A stretch of DNA of 64,000 nucleotides, from the NCBI GenBank assembly GCA_965203055.1, contig OZ241863.1, positions 3,616,001 through 3,680,000 of the forward strand. Direction: 5' to 3'. Under the pieces are notes generated by a model. The model was not told where the DNA came from. It was given only the letters and a program-made list of their open reading frames with translations, and made no database searches. Position numbers and translations under genes: made by a program. Below are positions 19,859 through 29,893 of the stretch, piece after piece (position 1 is the first letter of the stretch; each line of letters opens with the position of its first letter). The stretch is from Spirochaetia bacterium. Its GTDB lineage: Bacteria > Spirochaetota > Spirochaetia > SZUA-6 > Bin103.

Positions 19859-22800
19859 GAGCCCGCCTCCCCGCCGCTCAGGGGCCGGGGAGCGGGACGC
19901 ATCGCCCACGCCACCCGCCTGAGAAACTCGGCCAGATCGTCGAACAGCGCGTAGATGGTCGGCATCACCACCAGGGTCATGAAGGTGGAGGTGGTCAGGC
20001 CGCCGACCACGGCCAGCGCGATCGGCCCCCAGGTACCCGCGCGCCCCTCCACCGGACCGAACATGCCCGGCGCGATCAGCGGCGCCACCAGCGGGAACAA
20101 CCCCAGCAGCGTGGTGCAGGCGGTAATGAGAATCGGCCGCAGGCGGTCGCGCCCGCCGGTGATGATCGCCTCGGTGCGCGCCATCCCGCTCGCGCGCAGG
20201 CGGTTGACGTGATCCACCAGGATGATGCCGTTATTCACCACCACCCCGGCCAGGACCATGATGCCGAGCCAGGAGTTGGTGTTGAGCGTGGTCCCCGTAA
20301 GGTAGAACAGCAGGGCCACGCCGAGCAGCGAGAACGGCAGCGAGGTGAGAATGGTGATCGGGTGCACGAACGACTCGAACAGCGCCGCCATCACCAGATA
20401 GATGAACGCCGCGGCCAACAGCAGGGCGAACAGCGACGCCTGTTCCGATTGCTGGAAGCGGCGGAAGTTCTGCCCTGTCTCCGCGCTGTAGCCGGGCGGG
20501 AGCTGCTGCCGGCTGAGCAGGCCCTCGATCTGGCCGCGCAGGCGGAACATGCCGCGCAGGTCGGTGTTGGCGGTCACCGAGACGATCTCGCTGCCGCCGT
20601 CGCGCTGGATGGAGCGCGGACCCGGACGGCGCTCGAAGGCGGCCACCGTTCCCAGCGGCACCGCGCCGGCGCCCTGCTCCACCGGGAGCTGCGCCAGGCC
20701 GTTCAGGTCCACGCGCGCGGTCTCGGTCACGCGTACCCGGATCGGCAGCTCTTCGCCGCCCGCGGCCAGCATGCCGGCGGCGCTGTCGCTCAGGTTGGCG
20801 CTCAGGAGCTGCCCCACCTCGGTGGCGGTCAGATCGGCGGCGGTGGCGCGGTCGCGGTTGACCCGTACCTGGAGCTGCTCATCTCCCGATTCCAGGTTGG
20901 TGCTCACGTCGTCGACGCCCGGCAGGGCCGCCAGCCGGGCGCTGATGTCCTCGGCGAACAGCGCCAGCACCTCGGTGTTGGGTCCGGTGACGTCCACCGA
21001 CACGCCCAGCGCGCCGCCGCCGCCGCGGCCCCAGCGCCGTCCCACGGAGAAGGTGTAGCCGGGGAGCCGGGGCAGGAGTCCGCGGATCTCGTTGGTCAGG
21101 TCGGCGGTGGTGCGCTGCGCCGCGGCATCGTCCCGGAAGTACACGGTCACGTTGCCGCTGCGGGCAGAGAAGTTCGCCGCCACGGCGTCGATTTCCAGTT
21201 CCTCGGTGCGCGCCAGCAGATCGCGTTCGAACGCATCGAACACCGCCCGGGTCTCGGCGAAGGTCACGCCGTTCTCGGCGCTCACCGCGATCGACATGCG
21301 CCGCGCCGGGGTGGGCGGCGTGAACTCGCGCTCGATCTGGGTGAGCAGATAGATGCCGCCGCCGAGCATCACCAGCATACCGGCGACGGTGATCAGGCGA
21401 TGGCGCAGCGTCCAGCGCAGCACCGCGCGGTAGGCCGCGGACAGGGCGTCCATCACGCGGTGGCGGGTGGCGCCGGCCGCCACCAGGAAGCGCGAGCTGA
21501 CCACCGGGATCAGGCTCAGCGAAATCGCCAGCGAGGCGACCATGGCGGCCACCATGGTGGTGGCGAAGTCGCCCATGAAGCGCCCGAAGGGAGTGGCCGC
21601 AGTGAACAGGACCGGCACGAACACGATGATCGAGGTGACGGTGGCCGCCAGCACCGGGGTGGTCACCGCGCCGGCGCCGCGAATCGCCGCCGCGCGCGGC
21701 GCCAGGCCGCGCTCCCGATAGCGGTAGATGTTCTCCAGCACTACCACGCTGTTGTCCACCAGCATCCCCACCGCCAGCATCAGCCCGCTCAGCGAGATCA
21801 CGTTGAGCGAGAAGTTGAGCCCGCCCACGCGCCGCATCAGGAACACCACGGTGAAGGTGGCGATGATGGAGATCGGGATGGCGATGGCCACCACCAGCGT
21901 CGCCCGCACCCGCAGCAGGAAGGCGAACAGCACCAGCACCGCCAGGCCGGCGCCGATCAGGCCCGAGTTGCGCAGGTTGTTCAGGCTGGTGGTGATCTCC
22001 TGCGACTGGTCGAAGAACACGAAGGTGGTCAGGCCCGGGGCCGCCGCCTCGATGGCCGCCAACTGCGCGCGCGCGGCGCGTACCACGTTCACCACGTTGG
22101 CATCGGAGCTCTTCGACACGCGCACCGTGATCGCCTCCGCCAGGTTGAGCCGTTGCACGCTCTCCTGGTCGCCCACGCCGCGGCGCACCACGCCCACGTC
22201 GCCGACCCGGGCGCCGCCGGCGCCGGCAAGCGGCAGCGCGGCGATCTCGTCGAGGTCGGTGAACGCCCCCACCGAACGCACGAAGTAGCGCCGCCCGCCG
22301 TCGATCAGATAGCCGCCGGCGAGGTCCACGTTGTTGGCGCGCAGGCTGCGGGTCAGCTCATCGACGCTTACCCCGAGGGCGGCCATCGCCTGCGGATCGA
22401 GGTCGATCATCACCTGTTCGGCCTGCAGGCCGCGCACCTCCACGTCGGCTACCCCGTCGAGGCGCAGCAGGCGCGGTACGATCAGGTCTTCGGTGAGGCG
22501 TTCCAGCTCGACGCGGGAGCCGCCGGTGGCCACGCTGAACTGCAGGATCGGGATGTCGGAGGTGGAGAAGTTGGACACCCGAATGCGCCCCACGCCCTCC
22601 GGCAGGTCGGCGCGGATGCGGTCGATGCGGTCGCGGATCTCCGCCGCGGCCAAGTCCATGTCGGTGCCGATGACGAACTGGGCGCGAATCCGCGCCGAGC
22701 TGGCCGAGGAGGTTGAACTGACCGACTCGATCCCGCCCACGCCGCCGACGGCGCCCTCGATCGGCCCGGCGACGCGCCGCTCCACCTCCTCCGGCGAGGA

Positions 22801-22962
22801 GTTGGGAAACGGCGCCGTGACCGTCAGCGCCGGGCTCTCGATCTCGGGCAGGAACAGCAGCGGCAGGCGGCCGATGGCGAAGAAGCCGAACAGGCTGACC
22901 GCGGCGATCACCAGGATCACGGCCAGCGGGCGGCGTACGGAAAACTCGGCAAGCGACGTCAT
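19855..22962 (-). CDS. RND efflux permease (AcrB family)
   Basis: SVRRP start, GMLVDNSVVVLENI, GVVVNNGIILVD, RLRPILIT. Confidence 0.95.
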   Translation of the reverse strand: MTSLAEFSVRRPLAVILVIAAVSLFGFFAIGRLPLLFLPEIESPALTVTAPFPNSSPEEVERRVAGPIEGAVGGVGGIESVSSTSSASSARIRAQFVIGTDMDLAAAEIRDRIDRIRADLPEGVGRIRVSNFSTSDIPILQFSVATGGSRVELERLTEDLIVPRLLRLDGVADVEVRGLQAEQVMIDLDPQAMAALGVSVDELTRSLRANNVDLAGGYLIDGGRRYFVRSVGAFTDLDEIAALPLAGAGGARVGDVGVVRRGVGDQESVQRLNLAEAITVRVSKSSDANVVNVVRAARAQLAAIEAAAPGLTTFVFFDQSQEITTSLNNLRNSGLIGAGLAVLVLFAFLLRVRATLVVAIAIPISIIATFTVVFLMRRVGGLNFSLNVISLSGLMLAVGMLVDNSVVVLENIYRYRERGLAPRAAAIRGAGAVTTPVLAATVTSIIVFVPVLFTAATPFGRFMGDFATTMVAAMVASLAISLSLIPVVSSRFLVAAGATRHRVMDALSAAYRAVLRWTLRHRLITVAGMLVMLGGGIYLLTQIEREFTPPTPARRMSIAVSAENGVTFAETRAVFDAFERDLLARTEELEIDAVAANFSARSGNVTVYFRDDAAAQRTTADLTNEIRGLLPRLPGYTFSVGRRWGRGGGGALGVSVDVTGPNTEVLALFAEDISARLAALPGVDDVSTNLESGDEQLQVRVNRDRATAADLTATEVGQLLSANLSDSAAGMLAAGGEELPIRVRVTETARVDLNGLAQLPVEQGAGAVPLGTVAAFERRPGPRSIQRDGGSEIVSVTANTDLRGMFRLRGQIEGLLSRQQLPPGYSAETGQNFRRFQQSEQASLFALLLAAAFIYLVMAALFESFVHPITILTSLPFSLLGVALLFYLTGTTLNTNSWLGIMVLAGVVVNNGIILVDHVNRLRASGMARTEAIITGGRDRLRPILITACTTLLGLFPLVAPLIAPGMFGPVEGRAGTWGPIALAVVGGLTTSTFMTLVVMPTIYALFDDLAEFLRRVAWAMRPAPRPLSGGEAGS

Positions 22963-25900
22963 GAACGCACCTCCAGCGCGGCGCCGTTGGGGGCTCCGCC
23001 AGCGGCTCCGGCGGCAGGCTCGCGGCGTACCCCGTGCCCGCCAATGAGGGAATAGAGGGTCGGAATCAGCACCAGCGTAATCAGGGTGGAGAACAGCAGC
23101 CCGCCGATCACCGTCACCGCCAGCGGTTGGCGCAGCTCCCAGCCCTGACCGAGGCGCAGCGCCAGGGGCGCCAGCCCCAGCACCGTGGTGGCGGTGGTCA
23201 TCAGGATCGGGCGCAGCCGGGTCACCGCGGCGCGGTGAATCGCCGCCCCCGGCTCCAGGCCGCCGCGGCGCAGTCGATTGATGTAGTCCACCAGCACGAT
23301 GGCGTTGTTGACCACGATGCCGGCCATCATGATCACCCCGATCAAGGCGATGGCGCTCACCGGCACGGCGAACAGGGCCAGCGTCAGCACCACGCCCACC
23401 AAGCCGAACGGCACCGCCGCCAGGATGATGAGGGGATGCAGCAGCGACTCGAACTGGGCCGCCATCACCAGGTAGGTCAACACCACCGCCAGGATGAGAG
23501 CCAGCCGCATGCTGGCGAAGGAATCGACCATCTCCTGCCACTGCCCGGCCAGCTCGGCGGCCACGCCGTGCTCGGCCGCCACCTGCTCGAGCACCGCCTG
23601 CACCTCGCCGGTGACGCTGCCCAGATCGCGCCCGTCCAGGTTGCCGGTCACCAGCACCACGCGGCGCTGGTCGACGCGGCGGATCTCGTTGGCGCCCTCC
23701 ACTACGGTGACCGCCGCCACCGCCGACAACGGCACCGGCACGCCGCCCGCCGTGGTGACGATCAGCGCCTCCAGGTCCGCGATGGTGGCGCGGTCTTGCG
23801 GCCGGGCGCGCACCCGCAACGCCACGTCCCGGCGCCCGCGTTCCAGCTCGGTCGGCACCTCACCCTGCAGCTTGGCGGCCACGATCTCGCCGACCGTCTC
23901 CGCGTCCAGGCCCAACTCGGCCAGTTGCGGGCGGTTGAGGTCGATCACCACCTCCGGGCTGGTGCCGGCCAGGCGGGCGCTGACGTCGGCCAGTCCGGTG
24001 ACCGCCGCCAGGCGCTCGGCGGCGGTTCGGGCAGCACGCTGCAGCAGCGCGGGCGCGGCGCCGCTGACGCGCGCCTCCACCGCGGCGTCGAAGGTCAGGA
24101 GCGGCGGGCGGCTGAAGGTGACGGCGGCGCCGGCAAGGCCGGCCAGCGCCGCGCGGAGTTGCGCCAGGGCCTGATCCTCGGCGCCGCCCCGGTATTCCGG
24201 GCGCAGGTCGATCAGGAGCTGGCCGCGGTTCTCCCGCACCTCGTTGCCGGTGCGCGACGAACCGGCCACGGCGTAGGTCTGCGCCACCGCCGGCAGCTCG
24301 GCGGCGCGGCGCTGCAGCTCCGCCAGAACGGCGTCGGTGCGCGCCACCGGGGTGCCGGGCGGCAACTCCACGTCGGCGACGATGGCGCCCTGGCGAATTT
24401 CGGGAATCAGCTCGGTGCCGAGCAGCGGCACCAGGCTCAGCGAGCCGACCAGCAAGACGACGGCGAGCAGCACCACCAGCAGGCGGTGGCGGAGCGCCCA
24501 GCCCAGCAGCCGCGGATAGCCGCCGCTCGCCATCCGGTAGAGGCGGTCGAACAGCCACGTCAGCGGCGTGAGGAGCAGCCGCAGCACCAATCCGAGGCCG
24601 CGGGTGAGCGCCAGCAGGCCGCGTCCCGGCGCCGCCGCCACCCGCACCGCCAACAGCTCGCGGGCCGCGTCCTCCGCCGTCGGCGCCGGCGGCGGCTCGC
24701 CGGACGGGGGCGGCGGGGGCGCGGCGTCCGCGGCGCGCGGCGCGCGCAGGCCGGCCGCGCTGGCCATGGGAATCAGGGTCAGCGCCACCGCCAGGCTCAC
24801 CAGCAGCGAGAAGGTGACGGTCAGCGCCGGATCCACGAACAACTGCCCGGCGATGCCGCTCACGAACACCACGGGGATGAACACGCACAGCGTGGTCAGG
24901 GTCGCGGCGAGCACCGCGCCGCCCACCTCCGCGCCGCCGGCGCGGGCTGCGGCGCCGCGGTCGGCGGCGGCGCGCAGATGGCGGTCGATGCTTTCCAGCA
25001 CCACGATGGAGCTGTCCACCAGCATGCCGATGCCGAGCGCCAGCCCGCCGAGCGACATGATGTTGAGCGATACCCCGCCCAGGAACATGAGGAAGAAGCT
25101 GGCGATCACCGAAATGGGAATCGCCAGCCCCACCACCAAGGTGCTGCGCAGTCGGCGCAGGAACAGGTACAGCACCGCAATTGCCAACCCGCCGCCCAGC
25201 ACCGCGGCCTGGATCACGTCGCGGATCGACTGCTCGATGAAGCGCGACTGGTCCGCCGCCACACGCAGCTCGACGTCGACCACGCCGGCCAGCTCCTCCT
25301 CCACTTCGGCGAGGCGGGCCCGCACCGCCTGCGCCGCGGCCACGGTGTTGGCGGCGGCCTCCTTGTGAATGGCGATCTCCACGCTCGGCCGGCGGTTGGT
25401 ACGGGTGATGGTGGACTGCTCCCGGTAGCCGCTGCGCACCTCGGCCACGTCCTGCAGCCGCACCTGGACGTCGCCGGCCTCGCCCACCACGATGCGCCCG
25501 ATCTCCTCCAGGTCGGCGAACCGCGCCAGCACGCGCACGAGGTATTCGGCGGCGCCGTCGGCGATGCTGCCGCCGGTCAGGTTCACGTTCTCGCGCTGCA
25601 GCCGGGCGGCGATCTGGGCCAGCGAAATGCCGAGCAACGCCGCGCGGCGCTGGTCGACGTTGATCTGGATCTCCTCTTCCACGCCGCCGGAGACGACCGC
25701 GGCAGCCACGCCGTCGATGCTCTCCAGGCGTTGCTTGATCGTCTGTCCGGCCAGCAGCCGCAGTCCGGCCTGTTCGGCCGCGCCCGCCTCCCCCGGCGCC
25801 GCGCTGCCCACGCTGATGCGCATGATCGGGTCCAGCGCCGGGTCGAAGCGCAGCAGGATCGGGTCCTCCGCGGCGTCCGGCAACGCCAGTTGCGCGAGCT

Positions 25901-26231
25901 GTTCGCGCACGTCGATGGCGGCGAAGTCCATGTCGGTGCCCCAGGAGAACTCCATGATCACGTCGGAGAGGCCGGCGCGGGAGATGCTGGAGATGTCCGC
26001 CACGCCCGACACGATGCCCACCGCATCCTCGATGGGGATGGTGACGAAGGTCTCGACGTCGGCGGGCGCGACGCCGGGGTACTCGGTGCGGATGGTGATG
26101 GTGGGGAATGCCAGGTCGGGCAGCAGGTCGACCGGCAGTTCGCGGAACGAGATCAGCCCGAAGATCACCAGGGCGACGAAGAACACCACGACCGACACCG
26201 GCCGGCGGGTCGCCAGCGCGACGATCTTCAC
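22959..26231 (-). CDS. RND efflux permease (AcrB family)
   Basis: GMLVDSSIVVLESI, GIVVNNAIVLVD, RLRPILMT; GTG start with GAGGGG RBS. Confidence 0.95.
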   Translation of the reverse strand: MKIVALATRRPVSVVVFFVALVIFGLISFRELPVDLLPDLAFPTITIRTEYPGVAPADVETFVTIPIEDAVGIVSGVADISSISRAGLSDVIMEFSWGTDMDFAAIDVREQLAQLALPDAAEDPILLRFDPALDPIMRISVGSAAPGEAGAAEQAGLRLLAGQTIKQRLESIDGVAAAVVSGGVEEEIQINVDQRRAALLGISLAQIAARLQRENVNLTGGSIADGAAEYLVRVLARFADLEEIGRIVVGEAGDVQVRLQDVAEVRSGYREQSTITRTNRRPSVEIAIHKEAAANTVAAAQAVRARLAEVEEELAGVVDVELRVAADQSRFIEQSIRDVIQAAVLGGGLAIAVLYLFLRRLRSTLVVGLAIPISVIASFFLMFLGGVSLNIMSLGGLALGIGMLVDSSIVVLESIDRHLRAAADRGAAARAGGAEVGGAVLAATLTTLCVFIPVVFVSGIAGQLFVDPALTVTFSLLVSLAVALTLIPMASAAGLRAPRAADAAPPPPPSGEPPPAPTAEDAARELLAVRVAAAPGRGLLALTRGLGLVLRLLLTPLTWLFDRLYRMASGGYPRLLGWALRHRLLVVLLAVVLLVGSLSLVPLLGTELIPEIRQGAIVADVELPPGTPVARTDAVLAELQRRAAELPAVAQTYAVAGSSRTGNEVRENRGQLLIDLRPEYRGGAEDQALAQLRAALAGLAGAAVTFSRPPLLTFDAAVEARVSGAAPALLQRAARTAAERLAAVTGLADVSARLAGTSPEVVIDLNRPQLAELGLDAETVGEIVAAKLQGEVPTELERGRRDVALRVRARPQDRATIADLEALIVTTAGGVPVPLSAVAAVTVVEGANEIRRVDQRRVVLVTGNLDGRDLGSVTGEVQAVLEQVAAEHGVAAELAGQWQEMVDSFASMRLALILAVVLTYLVMAAQFESLLHPLIILAAVPFGLVGVVLTLALFAVPVSAIALIGVIMMAGIVVNNAIVLVDYINRLRRGGLEPGAAIHRAAVTRLRPILMTTATTVLGLAPLALRLGQGWELRQPLAVTVIGGLLFSTLITLVLIPTLYSLIGGHGVRREPAAGAAGGAPNGAALEVRS

Positions 26232-26480
26232 CGCTGCCCCTCGCGGGTATGGTGCCGGGACGCACGCCGCATCGACTGCAAGATACCGCACATCCGCGGC
26301 CGCGGCAGGCCCTGGCGGACCGCAGCCAGCACTAGCGGTGCCTGCCTGCTAGGTCCGGGTCCGGGGTGCGGCCCTTGCGGCTCCGCTATCGTTCGCGCAT
26401 AGTGGTAGCCGAGCTTGAGATTCCTGATCGCAACTCGTTGACGGCGTCCGATACGGTCAGCGAACGTGTATGGGAGGCAT

Positions 26481-27548
26481 ATGATGTCAAGCGTGCCACA
26501 GACCTATACGATCTCCGATTTCATCGATTGGCATTCCAGGAATCAGCTTATCCTGGCGCCTGATTTCCAGCGTGGTACCGTATGGACTCCGAGTGCCAAG
26601 GTCTTCTTGATTGATACGATCCTGAATAACTTCCCAATACCACAAGTCTTCATCCGTACCAAAATCGATGGTACAACGCAAGGAGTGATCAGAGAGGTCG
26701 TCGATGGGCAACAGCGATTGCGGGCCATCCTGGAATTCGCATCCGAAAAGCTGAAACTGACGGCCAACTCTCCTGTCCGCAAGGGAAAGAGATATAGCGA
26801 GCTGAACGACGACGATAAGGAGACTTTTCTATCGTATAACGTTCCGGTCGTGCAGTTGCTCAATGCGGACGATGCAGAAGTACTGGAGGTGTTCGCCCGT
26901 CTGAATTCGTATAGCGTCAAGCTGACTCCCGCGGAGTTGAGACATGCGGAATACTCGGAACCGGTCAAGTGGGCTATCTATGACGCGGCGCGGCACTGGA
27001 ACACTCTTTGGAATGATCTTGGCGTCGTGTCAGTTCGGGAAAGCGTTCGATTGAAGCACACTTCCGTCGTTGCCGAAATGTTCATGGCATTGGATAAAGG
27101 ATACGCCGACGGAGGAGAAAGAAAAATCAACGGATACTTTAGGGAGCGAAAATTAAAGTCAGAATCATTCTTCCGTCCTATCCGCAAACGAATAGACCTC
27201 GTCGTACAGGACATGCTCAGGAATTTGAAGGACGACTACGCCGGTACGACGTTCTTCGACGCTCCGAACTTCTTGACTCTGTTTGCAGCAATCGCGTTCC
27301 TCAGAGGTTGGCTACCAGGTAGCGGCGCGGCTGAGAACTTGAAACCCCCTGCTGGTACCGGGGTCGACTGGCAGCGAGCTTATGAAGAGCTCGCTCAGAT
27401 TGCGCAGGCGTTCGACGGCGACGACGAAAGGAATGGCAGGTATTCGACCTTTGTCAAAGCGACGCGAAGCAGTACCCATAGTCTTTCGTCTCGCAAACAC
27501 AGGTTACAAACACTGGTGAATGCAATCGGGGCAAATGCACCTTCTTAG
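26481..27548 (+). CDS. DUF262 (GmrS/ParB-like) domain protein
   Basis: PDFQRGTVW, IDTILNNFPIP, VVDGQQRL, VFARLNS; lower GC than flanks. Confidence 0.9.
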   Translation: MMSSVPQTYTISDFIDWHSRNQLILAPDFQRGTVWTPSAKVFLIDTILNNFPIPQVFIRTKIDGTTQGVIREVVDGQQRLRAILEFASEKLKLTANSPVRKGKRYSELNDDDKETFLSYNVPVVQLLNADDAEVLEVFARLNSYSVKLTPAELRHAEYSEPVKWAIYDAARHWNTLWNDLGVVSVRESVRLKHTSVVAEMFMALDKGYADGGERKINGYFRERKLKSESFFRPIRKRIDLVVQDMLRNLKDDYAGTTFFDAPNFLTLFAAIAFLRGWLPGSGAAENLKPPAGTGVDWQRAYEELAQIAQAFDGDDERNGRYSTFVKATRSSTHSLSSRKHRLQTLVNAIGANAPS

Positions 27549-28136
27549 ACATGTTTGGAGATTACATAGGAATGTCGCCCTACAGGTGGAAATAATTGGA
27601 CGAGCCAACTATGCGCTCTGTGCCGGACTGACATCTATGCGGTAGAGAAAGCAATCGTTCAGCTTCAAATTGAGTGGGAACAGTTCGTTCGGATGTTCAT
27701 TCTCGATTGTGCTACCGGTCGTTACGCAGATCGAAGTGGTCCAGTAACGTCGAATCTTCCTTCGAGGCCACCAACCCGCGAGAGGGCCGGACACCTACTA
27801 GTCAGCTTGTACAAAAGGAGAACCAGAGAACCTGATTGGTATCTTCCAAGAGATGCCATAGTTGCAGCCCATAGACTGCGTTTGTCGAATTGCCATAACA
27901 TCTCGGCTGTTCTGGGTTCATCACCCTGGTTACTGGATGATCTTCGCCATCTGCGAAATTACATTTCACACCAGTCGAAACAGTCCGCTTTGGAGCTGAG
28001 GAAGAACGGGATCGTTACCGCCTCCGGTCGCATAATGCCGGTACGAAATGCCCTCTCGTACGGGATTAATGGCGTGCAACGGTACATTGGCTGGGCAACC
28101 TTCATGAAGGACGTTTCGCGGAGGCTGGTCCGATAG
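27535..28136 (+). CDS. HEPN-domain protein; 5' end apparently frameshifted or start uncertain
   Basis: AIVQLQIEWEQFVR helix and RxxxxH motif RNYISH; main frame open from 27570 with no ATG before 27693. Confidence 0.7.
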
Positions 28137-28159
28137 CCTCCACGCTATCCGGCGGCCGT

Positions 28160-29068
28160 TTGCCGGGAACCGCACCGGCAGGCAACGTGCTGGCGCCGAC
28201 GCCGGCGGTGGTGGCGCTGGTCACCCTTCTGGCGCTGTTGTGGGGCGGCAACTCCGTATTCATCAAGGTGGGCCTGCGCGCGCTGCCGCCGTTCGCGCTG
28301 ACCGCAGTGCGGCTGGCGCTGGGACTGGCGGTGATCGGCGGCTGGGCGCTGGCGCGCCGCCTCCCGTTGCGCCTGCAGCGCGGCGAGCTCCTGCCGCTGG
28401 CGGCACTGGCGGCGCTGTTTCTGGTGCAGGTGGTGGCCCTGCATGCCGGCACCCGGTTCACGCTGGCCGCCCATTCCACGGTAATGATGAGCACCTACCC
28501 GCTGTTCACCTCGTTGTTCGCGCACCTGTTGATCGCCGGCGACCGGCTGACGCCGCGCACCGGCGCCGGGCTGGCGCTGGGATTCGCCGGAGTGGTGGCG
28601 ACCTTCGCCCCGCAACTGGCAGCGGGCGGCGCGGCAGGTACCGCGCTCGGCAGCGCGCTGGTGCTGGGCAGCGCCCTGCTGCTGGGGCTGCGCACCGCGG
28701 TGTCCAAACGCATGCTGCAGGCGGTCAGCGCCGAGAAGCTGCTGTTCTGGATGCTGCTGCTCAGCCTGCCGGCCGCGGCCGCGCTCAGCGCGGTGCTGGA
28801 GCGGGAGGAGAGGTTCGCGTTCGACCTCGCCGGGATGCTGGCCATCGGCTACGTGGGCGTGGTGATTGCCGGCTTCTGCTTCCTCTCCTGGACGGCGATT
28901 CTGGCCCGCTACCGCGCCAGCCGCCTGACGGTGATGTTCTTCGCCACGCCGCTGTCAGGCACCTTTCTGAGCTGGTGGATTGCCGGCGACCCGCTCGGCC
29001 CCAGTCTGCTGGTGGGCGCGCTGCTGGTGGCGGCGGGGATCGCCATCAACGCCAGTGCCCGCTCCTGA
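28160..29068 (+). CDS. DMT/EamA family transporter
   Basis: LLWGGN...PPF...R pattern, about 10 TM helices; start uncertain. Confidence 0.9.
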   Translation: MPGTAPAGNVLAPTPAVVALVTLLALLWGGNSVFIKVGLRALPPFALTAVRLALGLAVIGGWALARRLPLRLQRGELLPLAALAALFLVQVVALHAGTRFTLAAHSTVMMSTYPLFTSLFAHLLIAGDRLTPRTGAGLALGFAGVVATFAPQLAAGGAAGTALGSALVLGSALLLGLRTAVSKRMLQAVSAEKLLFWMLLLSLPAAAALSAVLEREERFAFDLAGMLAIGYVGVVIAGFCFLSWTAILARYRASRLTVMFFATPLSGTFLSWWIAGDPLGPSLLVGALLVAAGIAINASARS

Positions 29069-29104
29069 GCCGGTAGCGCTATATTGAAATCAGGGTAATC
29101 GACT

Positions 29105-29893
29105 GTGGATGGATGGTTGCAGCTTGCAGGGAAGACCGCGGTGGTGACCGGCGCGGCGTCGGGCATCGGGCGCGCCGCGGCGCTGGCGTTCGCCGAGGCG
29201 GGAACGCGGGTGGTGGCGGCGGACCGCGCGGCCGAGGCCGGCGCGCGGGTGGCGGCGGAGCTGGCCGGCGGCGCGGCGGCCGGGCACCGCTTCGAGGCGG
29301 TGGACGTGACCGATCCGGACAGCGTGCGCCGCCTGTTCGCCGCGGCGCCGTCGCCGGTGGACATCCTGGTCAACAACGCCGGCATCAACCTGCCCGCAGC
29401 GCTGCCGGAGGTGGACGCGGCCAGCGTGGCCCGGACCCTGGCGGTAAACCAGACCGGCATGATCCTGTGCGCGCAGGCGGCGGCGGCCGGCATGGTGGCG
29501 GCCGGCCGCGGGGTGATCGTCAACCTGGCCTCGGAGTCGGGGCTGGAGGGGTCGGCGGGCCAGAGCGTGTACGCGGCGAGCAAGGCCGCGGTCTACTCGC
29601 TGACCCGCTCCTGGGCCAAGGAGCTGGGACCGCGCGGGGTGCGCGTCACCGGCGTGGCGCCGGGCCCGCTGGAACCCACCGGCATGACCGGCGCCGGCTA
29701 CATGGCGGCCCTGGCGCGGGCGCGGGGCACCACCCCGGAGGCGATCGCGCGCGGCTACGCGGCGGCGATTCCGCTGGGGCGCGCCGGAACCCTGGCCGAA
29801 GTGGCCAACGTAATCCTGTTCCTGGCCTCGCCGCGCGCGTCCTACGTGACCGGCACGGTGGTAAACGTCAGCGGCGGGAAGTCGCGGGCATGA
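29105..29893 (+). CDS. SDR oxidoreductase, sorbitol-6-phosphate dehydrogenase (SorD)-like
   Basis: TGAASGIG, NNAG, SESGLEGSAGQSVYAASK, C-terminal SGGKSR. Confidence 0.85.
   Translation: MDGWLQLAGKTAVVTGAASGIGRAAALAFAEAGTRVVAADRAAEAGARVAAELAGGAAAGHRFEAVDVTDPDSVRRLFAAAPSPVDILVNNAGINLPAALPEVDAASVARTLAVNQTGMILCAQAAAAGMVAAGRGVIVNLASESGLEGSAGQSVYAASKAAVYSLTRSWAKELGPRGVRVTGVAPGPLEPTGMTGAGYMAALARARGTTPEAIARGYAAAIPLGRAGTLAEVANVILFLASPRASYVTGTVVNVSGGKSRA

Noticed and set aside
23034..26402. Long antisense ORFs (1122 aa and similar ones throughout the window)
   Set aside because: Shadow ORFs from high-GC codon bias, with no recognisable motifs
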